Shown here piece by piece: positions 20,860 to 30,609 of a stretch of DNA of 64,000 nt; position 1 is the stretch's first letter, and the number at the start of each line of letters is the position of its first letter. Made by a program: the position numbers and the translations under genes. A model generated the notes under the pieces. The model had not been told where the DNA came from and did no database searches. It saw nothing but the letters and a program-made list of their open reading frames with translations. The stretch comes from Thermodesulfobium acidiphilum (GTDB lineage: Bacteria; Thermodesulfobiota; Thermodesulfobiia; Thermodesulfobiales; Thermodesulfobiaceae): the NCBI RefSeq assembly GCF_003057965.1, contig NZ_CP020921.1, positions 332,100 through 396,099 of the forward strand, written 5' to 3'.

Positions 20860-21726
20860 ATGAACGAATTGAGGATAAAAGAAAGGTATAAAAGCGAAAG
20901 AACAGGTTTTTCTCTTGAATTCTTTCCTCCTAAGGAAAGAGATCAAGAAGAGAAGTTTAAGGAAACAATTAAAAAATACATTGAACTTAACCCGCTTTAT
21001 GTCTCAATAACGTATGGGGCAGGAGGGACTACACAAGACAAAACCTTTGAAATAGTAAAGTTTGTCAATTCTTTTAAAGCTTTTGCCGTTATGCCACATT
21101 TGACCTGTATTGGTGCAACTAAAGATTCTGTAAACTTTTTGATAAAAAAATATGATGATCTTGGAGTTTGTAATATTTTGGCTCTGAGAGGCGATCCACC
21201 GAAGAATGTTGAAAATTTTGATATTAGTAAAGGTGAGTTTAAACACGCTATTGATTTGGTAAAGTACGTTAGGGAGTATTTTAATCACTTTTCAATAGGA
21301 GTAGCTTTCTATCCTGAGGGACACGCTCAGGCAAGTAGCTTTGAAGAGGATTTTGAACACTGCATTGAAAAGATGAGGCTTGCTGATTTTGCAATAAGTC
21401 AGATGTTTTTTGAAAATTCATATTTTTTGAGATATAGAGACCTTGTTGCTAAAAGAGGAGTTGATATTACACTTGTTCCGGGTATAATACCTATTGGAAA
21501 CTTTGAAAAGATAAAGGAATTTTCCAAATTTTGTAAAGTTGAAATTCCAAAAAAATTAGAAGATATAATGTCAAAAGCTTCTTCTCAACTTGACATGAAG
21601 AAAGCTGGTATTGATTATGCTACTCAGCAGTGTGCTGAATTGATAAAGGAAGGAGTTAAATTTTTTCACTTTTACACGTTGAACCAATTTGATTTGTGCT
21701 CTAAGGTTATAGAGAACTTTTGGTAA
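20860..21726 (+). CDS. metF: Methylenetetrahydrofolate reductase
   Basis: SLEFFPPK, SITYGAGG, PHLTC, LALRGDPP, FYPEGH, HFYTLN. Confidence 0.95.
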   Translation: MNELRIKERYKSERTGFSLEFFPPKERDQEEKFKETIKKYIELNPLYVSITYGAGGTTQDKTFEIVKFVNSFKAFAVMPHLTCIGATKDSVNFLIKKYDDLGVCNILALRGDPPKNVENFDISKGEFKHAIDLVKYVREYFNHFSIGVAFYPEGHAQASSFEEDFEHCIEKMRLADFAISQMFFENSYFLRYRDLVAKRGVDITLVPGIIPIGNFEKIKEFSKFCKVEIPKKLEDIMSKASSQLDMKKAGIDYATQQCAELIKEGVKFFHFYTLNQFDLCSKVIENFW

Positions 21727-21784
21727 TCTTTAAAAAGTGATAAAGTAATATGATTAAAGGCATTGAATAGGTCACAAGGAGGTC

Positions 21785-22228
21785 TTGAATTTGATTGAAA
21801 TTAGAGAAAGAGACCTTGTCAGAGATATATCGAATGAAGAAGAAATTGGCATTTCAAAAGTAAGAAGGATTATAGCTACCTTTTTAACTTCTATAAAAAA
21901 TCAGGTTTTGCTTGGCAAAAGAGTTCGAATAAAGGGGCTTGGGACATTTTATTTGCAGCAGGGTTTCGAAGGAAGGCCAAAGATTTTTTTTGTTGATACA
22001 TCTGATGAATTTGATTTAGATATAGAGCTTTTAAGGTCCGATCTGGTTAATCTTGTATCCCTTAAAGAAAACCTTTCTAAAAACATAGTTGATAGGGTAA
22101 TAAAATCCTTTATTTACAAACTTCATAAAATTGACAGCTCAAATGAAACCAGGATATCCTTTAAGGATTTTGGATTTTTTATAATTAAAGATCACCATAT
22201 TCAATACGTGCCTTTTGATCAAAGGTAA
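21785..22228 (+). CDS. HU/IHF-like protein with two tandem domains
   Basis: Two helix-helix-strand units ending in VRIKGLGTF and ISFKDFGFF. Confidence 0.6.
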   Translation: MNLIEIRERDLVRDISNEEEIGISKVRRIIATFLTSIKNQVLLGKRVRIKGLGTFYLQQGFEGRPKIFFVDTSDEFDLDIELLRSDLVNLVSLKENLSKNIVDRVIKSFIYKLHKIDSSNETRISFKDFGFFIIKDHHIQYVPFDQR

Positions 22229-22253
22229 AAAATTTTAAATTTGGAGGCAATAG

Positions 22254-22895
22254 ATGTTTCCTCTCTGGGATAACGTTTATTCTTGGTCTTTTCCATGGGT
22301 TACGTATATTTTGATTATGATTAACTGTATAGTTTTTGTTATTGATAATATAACCAATCATCAGTTAAACAGCTTATTTTCATATAATCTGGCAAGTGAA
22401 TCAATAAGTATAAATTTGATTACTTATCAGTTTCTGCACGTTAATTTTTTGCACATCTTTGGAAATATGTGGTTTTTGCACGTGTTTGGCAATAACGTTG
22501 AGGACAAGATGGGTCACCTTAAGTTTTTGTTTTTTTACCTTTTGTTTGGTGTCTTTGCTGCTCTTGGCCAGGCTGAAGTTACGAGCACTAATTCAGCTTT
22601 AATTGGCGCATCTGGCTCTATTTCTGGAGTTCTAGGCGCTTACTTTGTCTTTTTCCCTCGCGCTAAAATAAAAACTCTTTTGCTATTGGGGATCTTTCCA
22701 TTTATATTTTCTATGCCTGCATTTATATGGCTTATTCTATGGTTTTTTGGCCAATATATTTCAGCATTATTTGGGCTTTTTGTCCAATCGACAAACGTAG
22801 CCTTTTTTGCACACCTTACAGGTTTTTCTTTTGGGATCATTGTTGGTCTTATGTTTAGGAACTTTGAACCTAAAAGAATTAGTAGGGTAGTATAA
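22254..22895 (+). CDS. Rhomboid intramembrane serine protease
   Basis: FLHxxxxHIFGNM, GASGSISG, AHLTGF. Confidence 0.93.
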   Translation: MFPLWDNVYSWSFPWVTYILIMINCIVFVIDNITNHQLNSLFSYNLASESISINLITYQFLHVNFLHIFGNMWFLHVFGNNVEDKMGHLKFLFFYLLFGVFAALGQAEVTSTNSALIGASGSISGVLGAYFVFFPRAKIKTLLLLGIFPFIFSMPAFIWLILWFFGQYISALFGLFVQSTNVAFFAHLTGFSFGIIVGLMFRNFEPKRISRVV

Positions 22896-22952
22896 GCCGT
22901 ATTTAGAAATTTTTTATGTATGATGGTAAGTGAAGCCAAACTACGTTAATTT

Positions 22953-23654
22953 TTAATCGCCAAGGTAAGATTTATATATTTGGCCAATCATATTGGCAAG
23001 TTCTTTTGAAGAGTGTTTTTCAGGGTAAATTGGTTTTTCAACTATTATCTCAACTGTTCCAGAATTTGGGAAAACGCTTTTTTTTGGATAAATTTTATAA
23101 CCGTCCTTTATAATTACAGGCACAATAGGAATATTCGAATTCTTTGCTAAGATTATACCCCCCCTCTTTATTGTCCCGATCTTGCCATCAACAGTTCTGG
23201 TGCCCTCTGGAAAGATTACAACGTTTACGTTGTTTTTTAATAATTTAGCAGTTTCTTTTAGAGATTCTAGAGCATTTTTCGCATCCTCACGCTTTATTGG
23301 GATTGAGCCTATGGTGTCTAAAATAATATTTAAGATTGGCACAGAAAAGAGTTCTTCTTTTGACAGATATGTTACTCCGCCTGGAAGAGAATATGATAGA
23401 AGAGGTATGTCCAGATTTCCTCTATGCGTAGCAAAAAATAATACTGGGGCAGGAGGAATTTTTTCTTTTATTACCATTTTAACTTTTATTCCAAGAATTA
23501 AAAAAAGAGGCTTGAACCAATATTTTGGTACGCCAATTGCATAAGAAACCATCTTTATTTTTGGGTATCTGTGCAGATACAGAGCGTACAATATTACTAA
23601 GAAAGTGCTAATTATCATGTATAAAAATGCAAATATTCCTCTTATGTATTTCAT
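22953..23654 (-). CDS. 1-acyl-sn-glycerol-3-phosphate acyltransferase (PlsC family)
   Basis: HxxxxD motif (THRGNLD), IFPEGTR, IPIVPV. Confidence 0.9.
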   Translation of the reverse strand: MKYIRGIFAFLYMIISTFLVILYALYLHRYPKIKMVSYAIGVPKYWFKPLFLILGIKVKMVIKEKIPPAPVLFFATHRGNLDIPLLSYSLPGGVTYLSKEELFSVPILNIILDTIGSIPIKREDAKNALESLKETAKLLKNNVNVVIFPEGTRTVDGKIGTIKRGGIILAKNSNIPIVPVIIKDGYKIYPKKSVFPNSGTVEIIVEKPIYPEKHSSKELANMIGQIYKSYLGD

Positions 23655-23703
23655 AATAATGAATTATAATATATATCTATAAACCTTGAAAGGAGGTTTT
23701 AAA

Positions 23704-24123
23704 ATGAAACGTTCTGACAACGTTGTTAGTTTTTCTTTGGGAATGATTTTTGGTGCTTTAATAGGCTCAGTGGCTATGCTATTTGTTGCTCCAAAATCAG
23801 GAGAAGAAACCAGAGCTTATATTGTTGAAGAACTTACAAAGCTAAGAGATCAGGCAGAAGAGGTTATGTCTGACCTTTCTGGAATTTCTGAACAATGGGC
23901 TACAAAGGCAAAACAGGTAATTCAGGAGAAAATAGATTCAATAAACGATATTCTTAAGAGTGCAAGAGAAGCACAGGAGGAGCTAAGTTCTGAAATTGAT
24001 GAGGACTACAGCGAATTTTTAGGAGAAGAAACTACATCTGGTGAAACAAAAGAAGATAAAGCTGAAGAGAAGAAAGAAGATGCTTCTAATCCTCAAGAAG
24101 AAAACGCGCCGAAGGTTGAATGA
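23704..24123 (+). CDS. YtxH domain protein
   Basis: GALIGSVAMLFVAPKSGEETR; start placed after AAGGAGG. Confidence 0.85.
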   Translation: MKRSDNVVSFSLGMIFGALIGSVAMLFVAPKSGEETRAYIVEELTKLRDQAEEVMSDLSGISEQWATKAKQVIQEKIDSINDILKSAREAQEELSSEIDEDYSEFLGEETTSGETKEDKAEEKKEDASNPQEENAPKVE

Positions 24124-24581
24124 TGAGTTTGTTTGAATTCTTTATCTTTCTTCTTGCAGCGATACTTGTAGGCCTGATAGGTTGGTGGATTTATAACGTT
24201 GTAGACTTAATTAAAGAGCTGAAAAAGTCGGTTATAACTCTTGATCAGGTTCTGGTTGAAACAAAGGATACTATTGGCTCTTTTAGAAAATTTTCTGATG
24301 AGATGTACCCTGAAATCAAAAAGTCTATGGAAGGTTTTTCAGACAATTTTGTATCAATTTTAAAAAAAATAGACAATATTATGGGGGTTTTTTCCGACTT
24401 TCTGAACGCCTCTAAAAAATTTACCGACGAGTTAAATAGATATAAGCTTAAGATAGCTCTTTTATCAAAAATTATTGATGCTGTTTTTAGTAAAGGCAGT
24501 TCTTCAGAAGCTGATAGTAAACGTTCTAAAGCGAGGAAGGCTGCCTCTCTTATAAACAGTTTATTAAAAAAGCTTGTTTGA
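24120..24581 (+). CDS. Hypothetical TM plus coiled-coil protein (YtxG/DUF948-like)
   Basis: N-terminal TM, helical remainder, overlaps the YtxH gene. Confidence 0.55.
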   Translation: MMSLFEFFIFLLAAILVGLIGWWIYNVVDLIKELKKSVITLDQVLVETKDTIGSFRKFSDEMYPEIKKSMEGFSDNFVSILKKIDNIMGVFSDFLNASKKFTDELNRYKLKIALLSKIIDAVFSKGSSSEADSKRSKARKAASLINSLLKKLV

Positions 24582-24599
24582 AGGCTGCCATATAAAGAG

Positions 24600-24971
24600 T
24601 TAGCTTTTGAAGATTTGTGGGAGCGCATACCTGTGTGTTCCCACAATCACTTCAACACCTGATTTTTCTTTTGCTGTAGCTATTATTTCATCTCTATGCG
24701 GGCAGAAGTTCATTATGCATGTAGCTATAAAGAGCGTATCAATGTTTTCCTTTAATGCGTCAAGCTGCATTTTTAATAGAGTAAGCGCACATACTACTCT
24801 ATCCCCACTGCAACCTCCGCAATCCATTATTCCAAGAAGGTGAACTTCTTCGCCTTTGTACCTGTCAAACCAGCCCTCTCTTCTCATAAGGGCTGTTAGG
24901 CACTTTGCATCGGCAGGACAAAGATTTTGACTTCTAATCATTTGACATGATAGGATAGCTATTTTTTTCAT
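24600..24971 (-). CDS. CGGC domain protein
   Basis: CPADAKC, DCGGC, CPH, VGTH; start MKKIAILSC after GGAGG. Confidence 0.88.
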   Translation of the reverse strand: MKKIAILSCQMIRSQNLCPADAKCLTALMRREGWFDRYKGEEVHLLGIMDCGGCSGDRVVCALTLLKMQLDALKENIDTLFIATCIMNFCPHRDEIIATAKEKSGVEVIVGTHRYALPQIFKS

Positions 24972-24993
24972 TTCCTTTCCTCCCACATAATGT

Positions 24994-25025
24994 TTTACCA
25001 TAAAACATTAATGTTTTAGGGTAAA
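24994..25025. promoter_or_regulatory. Palindromic operator candidate upstream of the CGGC gene
   Basis: Perfect 18-bp palindrome TAAAACATTAATGTTTTA (25001-25018) extended by TTTACC/GGTAAA arms. Confidence 0.5.
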
Positions 25026-25201
25026 TTATAACATGCATTAAAGTCAATTAAAAATAAATGTTTTATAAAATAATTATTTGTTTTTGCACAGTAAAATCTT
25101 TTAAGATAATATAATAATGGCATTGATTAGAAAGCTCTAAAATTAGTTGTCCAGAATTTTGTGATAGAATCTTATAATGTAGAAGTTAAGGGGGCTTAAT
25201 T

Positions 25202-25483
25202 TTGAAACTGACAAATATTTTGTTATACATAGTGGTCTTTTTATTATCCGTTGTGCTTGCCTTTTTCCTTTATCAGGTTAATTCAGTCAGAAACTCTGCT
25301 AACGAATTTTTTGCTGTTACGAGAAGCGAATACGATAGGTGTCTGATGGGGTGTCATCTTCACTGGAATTGCAGAACAATCTGCAGCTTCGCGCCTATTG
25401 ATGAGCGCGAAAGCTGCAAGAGTGATTGTGAATTAGAGCTTTCAAACTGCCTGAGAAGGTGTAACGAGAGATATGGTAGGTAG
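25202..25483 (+). CDS. Small exported or membrane-anchored Cys-rich protein (4 x CX3C)
   Basis: N-terminal hydrophobic helix, then CLMGC, CRTIC, CKSDC, CLRRC; AAGGGGG SD upstream. Confidence 0.65.
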   Translation: MKLTNILLYIVVFLLSVVLAFFLYQVNSVRNSANEFFAVTRSEYDRCLMGCHLHWNCRTICSFAPIDERESCKSDCELELSNCLRRCNERYGR

Positions 25484-25484
25484 T

Positions 25485-26789
25485 TTATTCTGGTAAAGGT
25501 CTCCCCTTTGTTTCAGGAGCAAACAGAAGCGTTATTATGCCGATTACATAAACGCTCATTATAGTAGCTGCTGCATAAGAGAAGTTTCCATGATAAACTC
25601 CAATGAGTAATCCTGTAAAAAGAGGACTAAGTATTGTTACCAATCTTGCTCCATTGTAACAGGTTGTTTGGGCTGTGGCCCTCATCCTGGTAGGGAAAAG
25701 CTCTGGAAGATATATAGGGAAACCTGAAAATACCCCGTTACCTATAAATCCTATTATAGGTACCAGCATAAGAAACAGATTAAAATCTTTGGCGTTTATG
25801 TAAATAGGCGGTATTAAGATTAACCCTGTGAGAAAGTAAAACAAGAATGCACCCTTTCTGCCTAATTTGTTTGCGATTGGCCAGAAACATAAAGCTCCAA
25901 TTATTGCTCCGATATTTAACAGGGTAATTGCGAAAAGTATTCTTCCGTGTATTGCGTTCTCTGAAATGCCTGCAGATCTCGCAAGGGTTTCAACAATTGC
26001 TGGTATCCAATAAGTAGCGCCCCACACGCCAAAGAGTGCGACTGCTGAAAGGAGAAAACCTATAATAGTGTATTTTATGTATTTTGGACTGAAAAGAAGT
26101 CTGAAGGTAAAATGACAATATTCTTTATCTTCTTCCGTTTCGTACTTGTTAGTAAGCTTTAGTTCACATCTTCTAGTATGATCTTTTACCCATTTTTCTG
26201 GTTCTTTAAGTTGAGTTCTCAAGAACACCGTTAAAAGAGCAGGAAAGGCTCCCACAAAGAAGACGATTCGCCAGCCGTGTGTGCCTACTAAAAAATTTAT
26301 GGCAGCAGCAAGAAAGAAACCAACTGGCCAACCCATTTGCATAAAGCTACCAGCAAACGTCCTTCTTAAATCTGGCCACGTTTCAGCAAGCAAAACTGCA
26401 CCTACTGCCCATTCTCCTCCTATTCCAAAACCGGTAAGACACCTATAAAGTGCCAACTCTTGCCAACTGTGTGCAAATCCTGAAAGTCCTGTCATAAGCG
26501 AATAGGTAAGAATGGTGATCAGCAACACCCTTACCCTCCCAATGTAGTCGGCAAGTATGCCAAATAAGATACCTCCCAAGGCTGCGCCTAAGAGAGTACA
26601 TGACATTACCAGTCCACCATAGTAACCAATCTCTGCTTTTGTAGCGCTAGCTCCCAAAAGATCGTGGATTGCTGGAAACATCACAATGTTGTAAAGCATC
26701 GCATCCATTCCGTCGAAAACCCACCCTAACCAGGCAGCAATAAGAACAAGATACAGATAACTGCTTTTTTGTTCTAATACTTTTTCCAT
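25485..26789 (-). CDS. MFS transporter (aromatic acid/sugar porter-like)
   Basis: FDGMD, GILADYIGRVR (motif A), GFGIGGEW, PELFPTRMRA, PETKG. Confidence 0.92.
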   Translation of the reverse strand: MEKVLEQKSSYLYLVLIAAWLGWVFDGMDAMLYNIVMFPAIHDLLGASATKAEIGYYGGLVMSCTLLGAALGGILFGILADYIGRVRVLLITILTYSLMTGLSGFAHSWQELALYRCLTGFGIGGEWAVGAVLLAETWPDLRRTFAGSFMQMGWPVGFFLAAAINFLVGTHGWRIVFFVGAFPALLTVFLRTQLKEPEKWVKDHTRRCELKLTNKYETEEDKEYCHFTFRLLFSPKYIKYTIIGFLLSAVALFGVWGATYWIPAIVETLARSAGISENAIHGRILFAITLLNIGAIIGALCFWPIANKLGRKGAFLFYFLTGLILIPPIYINAKDFNLFLMLVPIIGFIGNGVFSGFPIYLPELFPTRMRATAQTTCYNGARLVTILSPLFTGLLIGVYHGNFSYAAATIMSVYVIGIITLLFAPETKGRPLPE

Positions 26790-27074
26790 TAATTTCCCCC
26801 TTTTCTTGTAAGAATTTTTTATGACATCTAAATTATATATTTATCAGGGTGAATAGTTAAATAAGATAAATTTATATACTATATAAATATAATTTAATTA
26901 GGAAAAGCGTAATTTTGCTTAATTATCAAATTATCAATATAAATTTTTTTAGCTTTTTTGAAATAAATTTTTTATCTTTCTGCTTTATTCAGAGAAAATA
27001 TTATGAAATCTTGTCTGGCTTTACAAAAACACTTGCAAAACATAATATTTTGTGCTTAAATATTAATGTGTTGA

Positions 27075-27151
27075 CGCGGGGTAGAGCAGTTTGGAAGCTC
27101 GTCGGGCTCATAACCCGAAGGTCGGAGGTTCAAATCCTCCCCCCGCAACCA
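27075..27151 (+). tRNA. tRNA-Met (initiator fMet), anticodon CAT
   Basis: CGCGGGG...CCCCGCAACCA with C1:A72 mismatch, anticodon arm TCGGG-CTCATAA-CCCGA with three G-C pairs, GGTTCAAATCC T-loop, encoded CCA. Confidence 0.97.
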
Positions 27152-27535
27152 TTTTATTTTGTATTTTTTTACTTTATCTTTTTATATGAACTCTTTAACC
27201 TGAACTTATTTAATGTGGAAAATTTTAAAGCCATATATCTGCTAGAAAACCTCTTTATATCAAGTTTTATTGTATTTGAGTTTTGAACCTTTAGGGCAGA
27301 TTATAAAATTCAATCAATCTATAAAATAATAAATTAAAATTACTGCTGATGTTTGCTTTGTTATCAAATGGATTTCAATTAAGTTTAAGTAAAACAGTTT
27401 TGTAGTGCACCTTATATGTAAAGTTTATAATTAAGATTAAAAATTACTTTGTGCTTTAGCTTAGATAACTATTGACATCGTAAATAAATAGTCATAAAGT
27501 TATAAAGAGGAAATTAAATATTTGGAGGTTTTTTA

Positions 27536-28072
27536 ATGAAGCGTATTTTCTTTTTGTGTTTTGTTATTTTGTTTGCGGTAATGGCTCGCCCATCATTTGC
27601 AGATGACAAGGTTTTAGCTACTGTTAATGGAACGAGCATTACTCAGAGCCAGGTGGATGCAGTTTATAACAATTTGCCTCCTAACGTGGACAAGACAAAC
27701 CCAGATCTTAAAAAAGAGATTCTAAATCGTTTGATTGATAATCTCGTGCTCCTCGATGAAGCAAAGAAAGAGGGTTTAGAGAAAGATCCTAATGTAATTG
27801 AGGCTATTAATAACGCAAAAAATATGATTTTGATTAACTATCTTTTACAGAAGCACTTCGCAGGTCAGAACTTTGAAGTAACTGATGCTGATGTTACGAA
27901 CTTTTACAATCAAAACTCTGATAAGTTTAAGGATAAAAATGGAAATCTTGTACCAATAGATAAAGTAAAGGATTACGTTAAACAATATCTTATAAGTCAG
28001 AAAGAACAACAGGCATATCAGGCTTATGTAGATTCTTTAAAGAAGCAAGATAATATAGTAATTAATCAATAA
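27536..28072 (+). CDS. Exported SurA-N/PrsA-like chaperone lacking the parvulin domain
   Basis: Signal peptide, LATVNGTSIT, LNRLIDNLVLLDEAKKEGL, VTDADVTNFY, LKKQDNIVIN. Confidence 0.75.
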   Translation: MKRIFFLCFVILFAVMARPSFADDKVLATVNGTSITQSQVDAVYNNLPPNVDKTNPDLKKEILNRLIDNLVLLDEAKKEGLEKDPNVIEAINNAKNMILINYLLQKHFAGQNFEVTDADVTNFYNQNSDKFKDKNGNLVPIDKVKDYVKQYLISQKEQQAYQAYVDSLKKQDNIVINQ

Positions 28073-28100
28073 TAGTTAATTCGCGTTGCTTAAACAAAAC

Positions 28101-28134
28101 AAACTCACAGATGCCGAGGGGTGCTGTGAGTTTT
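28101..28134 (+). terminator. Hairpin / probable terminator
   Basis: AAACTCACAG / CTGTGAGTTT stem ending in a T-run. Confidence 0.6.
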
Positions 28135-28209
28135 AAGTTATAAGGCTAAGCTGTGATGTTTTCTTAATTGTTCTATCAAATAATTTGGCTGAAATGAGGT
28201 GATTTTGAT

Positions 28210-29076
28210 ATGGATCTTATTAATTACCTGCTTCACAGCCATATAGAACTAACATTACCTATGATAATTTTCTTTTCTTTTGTTCTGGGAGTAATTCACG
28301 GCTTTACTCCAGATGAACACACGTGGCCAATTACTTTTAGTTATGCTGTTGGGAGTTATTCAGCGAAGAAGGGGTTGGTTATAGGCTTTGCCTTTTCCCT
28401 TGCTTTTACTGTCCAAAGAGCTTTAGCGAGTGAGCTGGCCAACTTAGCACTCTTTCCGCTGACATCTTCTGATTTATTTGAATATGGAACATATGTTCTA
28501 GTAGGGTTGGCTATGGTGTTTGGTGGATTCTATGTCTTTAGAACAAAAAATGTATTTCACATTCACTTTGGAAAGATTGACAAGGATCATCATAGAATGG
28601 CATTAAGAGGCGCGATAGATAGAGAGCATAAACTTTCTGTGAGAATAGCTCTGTTACACGGCTTTATTGCGGGATGGGGTTTTGGAGCCTTTGCTTTGGT
28701 ACTGTATACCGTGTTAGCTCCCCAGATACAGTCTCATCTTTTAGGCTGGGTTCCTGGAGCCTTTTTTGGCCTCGGTACTATGATTACACAGGTTATTCTT
28801 GGAGCATTTTTTGGTTTTATTACGACAAAAATTGGCCTTCCAATAGATGTTGCACGTTTTGCAGCGCAAAGAACTGCTGCTAGGACTTTGATTTTTGGTG
28901 GAGCAGCCTTTTTCCTGGTAGGCTTGTTAGGGCTTTTTGATATGGTATACAATCCGCCATATTTGAACGTTACTAAGTATGACCTGGGATTCGTACTTGT
29001 AGTGTTTTCTGTTTTTGTAGTAGGCTTGTTGAGTTTGTTTTACGAATATTATTACTATAAAATTCACTTTAGATAG
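28210..29076 (+). CDS. Putative nickel/cobalt transporter-like membrane protein (NicO/RcnA/UreH-like)
   Basis: GVIHGFTPDEH motif, His-rich loop, about 7-8 TMs. Confidence 0.6.
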   Translation: MDLINYLLHSHIELTLPMIIFFSFVLGVIHGFTPDEHTWPITFSYAVGSYSAKKGLVIGFAFSLAFTVQRALASELANLALFPLTSSDLFEYGTYVLVGLAMVFGGFYVFRTKNVFHIHFGKIDKDHHRMALRGAIDREHKLSVRIALLHGFIAGWGFGAFALVLYTVLAPQIQSHLLGWVPGAFFGLGTMITQVILGAFFGFITTKIGLPIDVARFAAQRTAARTLIFGGAAFFLVGLLGLFDMVYNPPYLNVTKYDLGFVLVVFSVFVVGLLSLFYEYYYYKIHFR

Positions 29077-29112
29077 TTTTTAGTACTTAAAATATTTGTT
29101 ATGGAGGACTTT

Positions 29113-29460
29113 ATGGTTAAGAAGTTTAATACTTTAGAGAGAGTAAAGCGTCTTGATCCTATTGGTGGTAAAGGTGAACTTGAGAGCATAGCTCTTTTGA
29201 GTCCTGAAGAATTTAAAGGAAAGGGAAGGATGTTTGCTCACAATTTTCTAAAGCCTGGTTCTACTATAGGGCTTCATACTCACAAAGGAGATTTTGAGAT
29301 ATATTACATATTGAGCGGTGAAGGAATATTTGTAGACAATGACAGAGAGGTTCAGGTTTCAAAGGGAGACGTTTTAATTACCTACGATGGAGAAAGCCAT
29401 TCTTTGAAAAATACCGGCGATAAAGACATAGAGTTTTTGGCCTGTATTATTTATAGTTAG
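29113..29460 (+). CDS. Cupin domain protein
   Basis: IGLHTH, EIYYILSGEG, GESHSLKNTG. Confidence 0.9.
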   Translation: MVKKFNTLERVKRLDPIGGKGELESIALLSPEEFKGKGRMFAHNFLKPGSTIGLHTHKGDFEIYYILSGEGIFVDNDREVQVSKGDVLITYDGESHSLKNTGDKDIEFLACIIYS

Positions 29461-29469
29461 GAGGATTTT

Positions 29470-30147
29470 ATGGAAAAGATACATCCAAGGGCAATAGAAC
29501 AAAGAGATGGAAGTTGGGGTATAAAATTAAAGTCTACTACTGGTCTTGTTACACCTGAATATTTAGAAGAAATTGCTAGAATTGCAAAGAAATACAATGT
29601 CAGCCAGTTAAAGATCCTGACGGGACAAAGGTTTTTTTTAATTGGGATTAAGTCAGAGAACGTTAACAAGATTATAGAAGAGATATCAACAGATATGGGC
29701 TTCAACGTTGAGCCGTCACTACACTACGTTCAGGCATGTGTGGGAAATACTACCTGTAAATACGGAACGCTTGACAGCTTGAGCCTTGGGAAGAAGATAG
29801 AAGACCTTGTATATTTTGAAAAATTTCCTGCAAAGTTAAAAATTGGGGTGTCAGGATGCACTCTAAATTGCGGCGAGGCTTTTGTGAGGGATATAGGAGT
29901 ATTTTCTGGGGGGAAAGGTTGGGTTTTGGTAATTGGCGGAAATTCTGGCAGAAAACCCAGAATTGGTGACATTATAGCAGACGAGCTGGATGACGATCAG
30001 GTTCTTGACATCATAAAGAAATTTCTTAAGCTCTATAAAGAAAAGGGAGATTATAGAGTCGAAGGAAGATACGGCATGAGCGAGAGAGTTGCTAGATTCG
30101 TTGAGAGATTAGGTATAGATGCTATTAAAAACGAAATATTAGCATAG
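29470..30147 (+). CDS. Nitrite/sulfite reductase 4Fe-4S domain protein (small, single-domain type)
   Basis: ACVGNTTCKYG, KIGVSGCTLNCGE, RDIG, GGNSG. Confidence 0.85.
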   Translation: MEKIHPRAIEQRDGSWGIKLKSTTGLVTPEYLEEIARIAKKYNVSQLKILTGQRFFLIGIKSENVNKIIEEISTDMGFNVEPSLHYVQACVGNTTCKYGTLDSLSLGKKIEDLVYFEKFPAKLKIGVSGCTLNCGEAFVRDIGVFSGGKGWVLVIGGNSGRKPRIGDIIADELDDDQVLDIIKKFLKLYKEKGDYRVEGRYGMSERVARFVERLGIDAIKNEILA

Positions 30148-30155
30148 TTTTTTAT

Positions 30156-30197
30156 AAAAGCTGCCCCATTTCAAAGTCTTGTGAGAAGGCAGCTTTT
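30156..30197. terminator. Bidirectional terminator
   Basis: AAAAGCTGCC ... GGCAGCTTTT between convergent genes. Confidence 0.7.
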
Positions 30198-30609
30198 ATT
30201 TTTCAACGGGTACAAGGGTAGCATTCTCCAAATTAAATCCTGTGCTAAATTCTGAAAATAGCCACTGTCTTATTCCTTTTAGCTTCCTATTGCCAAGTAT
30301 TATATTAGAGGCGTTTAATTGCTTTGCCAGCTCGGAAACTCTCTCAGATGGCTTTCCTACTCTTATGGCTTTTGTTGCTTCTATTCCATTTTTCTTTGCG
30401 ATTTCAATTGCTTCTTCAAGCATACTTTCTGCCTTGAATACTAAAGCCGCTTCGGCTGTAGGGTTAAAAACTCCAAGGTCTTCAGATCTGTTTATTACGT
30501 GACAGATTACAAGTTTTGCTTCCTCATCTCTTGCCAGATCTATAGCCATATTTAAGACGCTCCTGTCAGATACACTATCCCTTATAGCTGCCAAAATTGT
30601 TTTTGCCAT
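30196..30609 (-). CDS. Universal stress protein
   Basis: KTILAAI, LVICHV, GKPSE, IILGNR. Confidence 0.85.
   Translation of the reverse strand: MAKTILAAIRDSVSDRSVLNMAIDLARDEEAKLVICHVINRSEDLGVFNPTAEAALVFKAESMLEEAIEIAKKNGIEATKAIRVGKPSERVSELAKQLNASNIILGNRKLKGIRQWLFSEFSTGFNLENATLVPVEK

Noticed and set aside
26915-27286. 123-aa ORF on the + strand
   Set aside because: Spurious: it spans the tRNA-fMet gene and low-complexity AT-rich DNA.
27152-27535. Integrated element at the tRNA-fMet 3' end
   Set aside because: No integrase and no duplicated tRNA 3' end seen in the window.
28075-28209. NiCo or other riboswitch upstream of the putative Ni transporter
   Set aside because: Only one hairpin is present, adequately explained as the terminator of the upstream gene.
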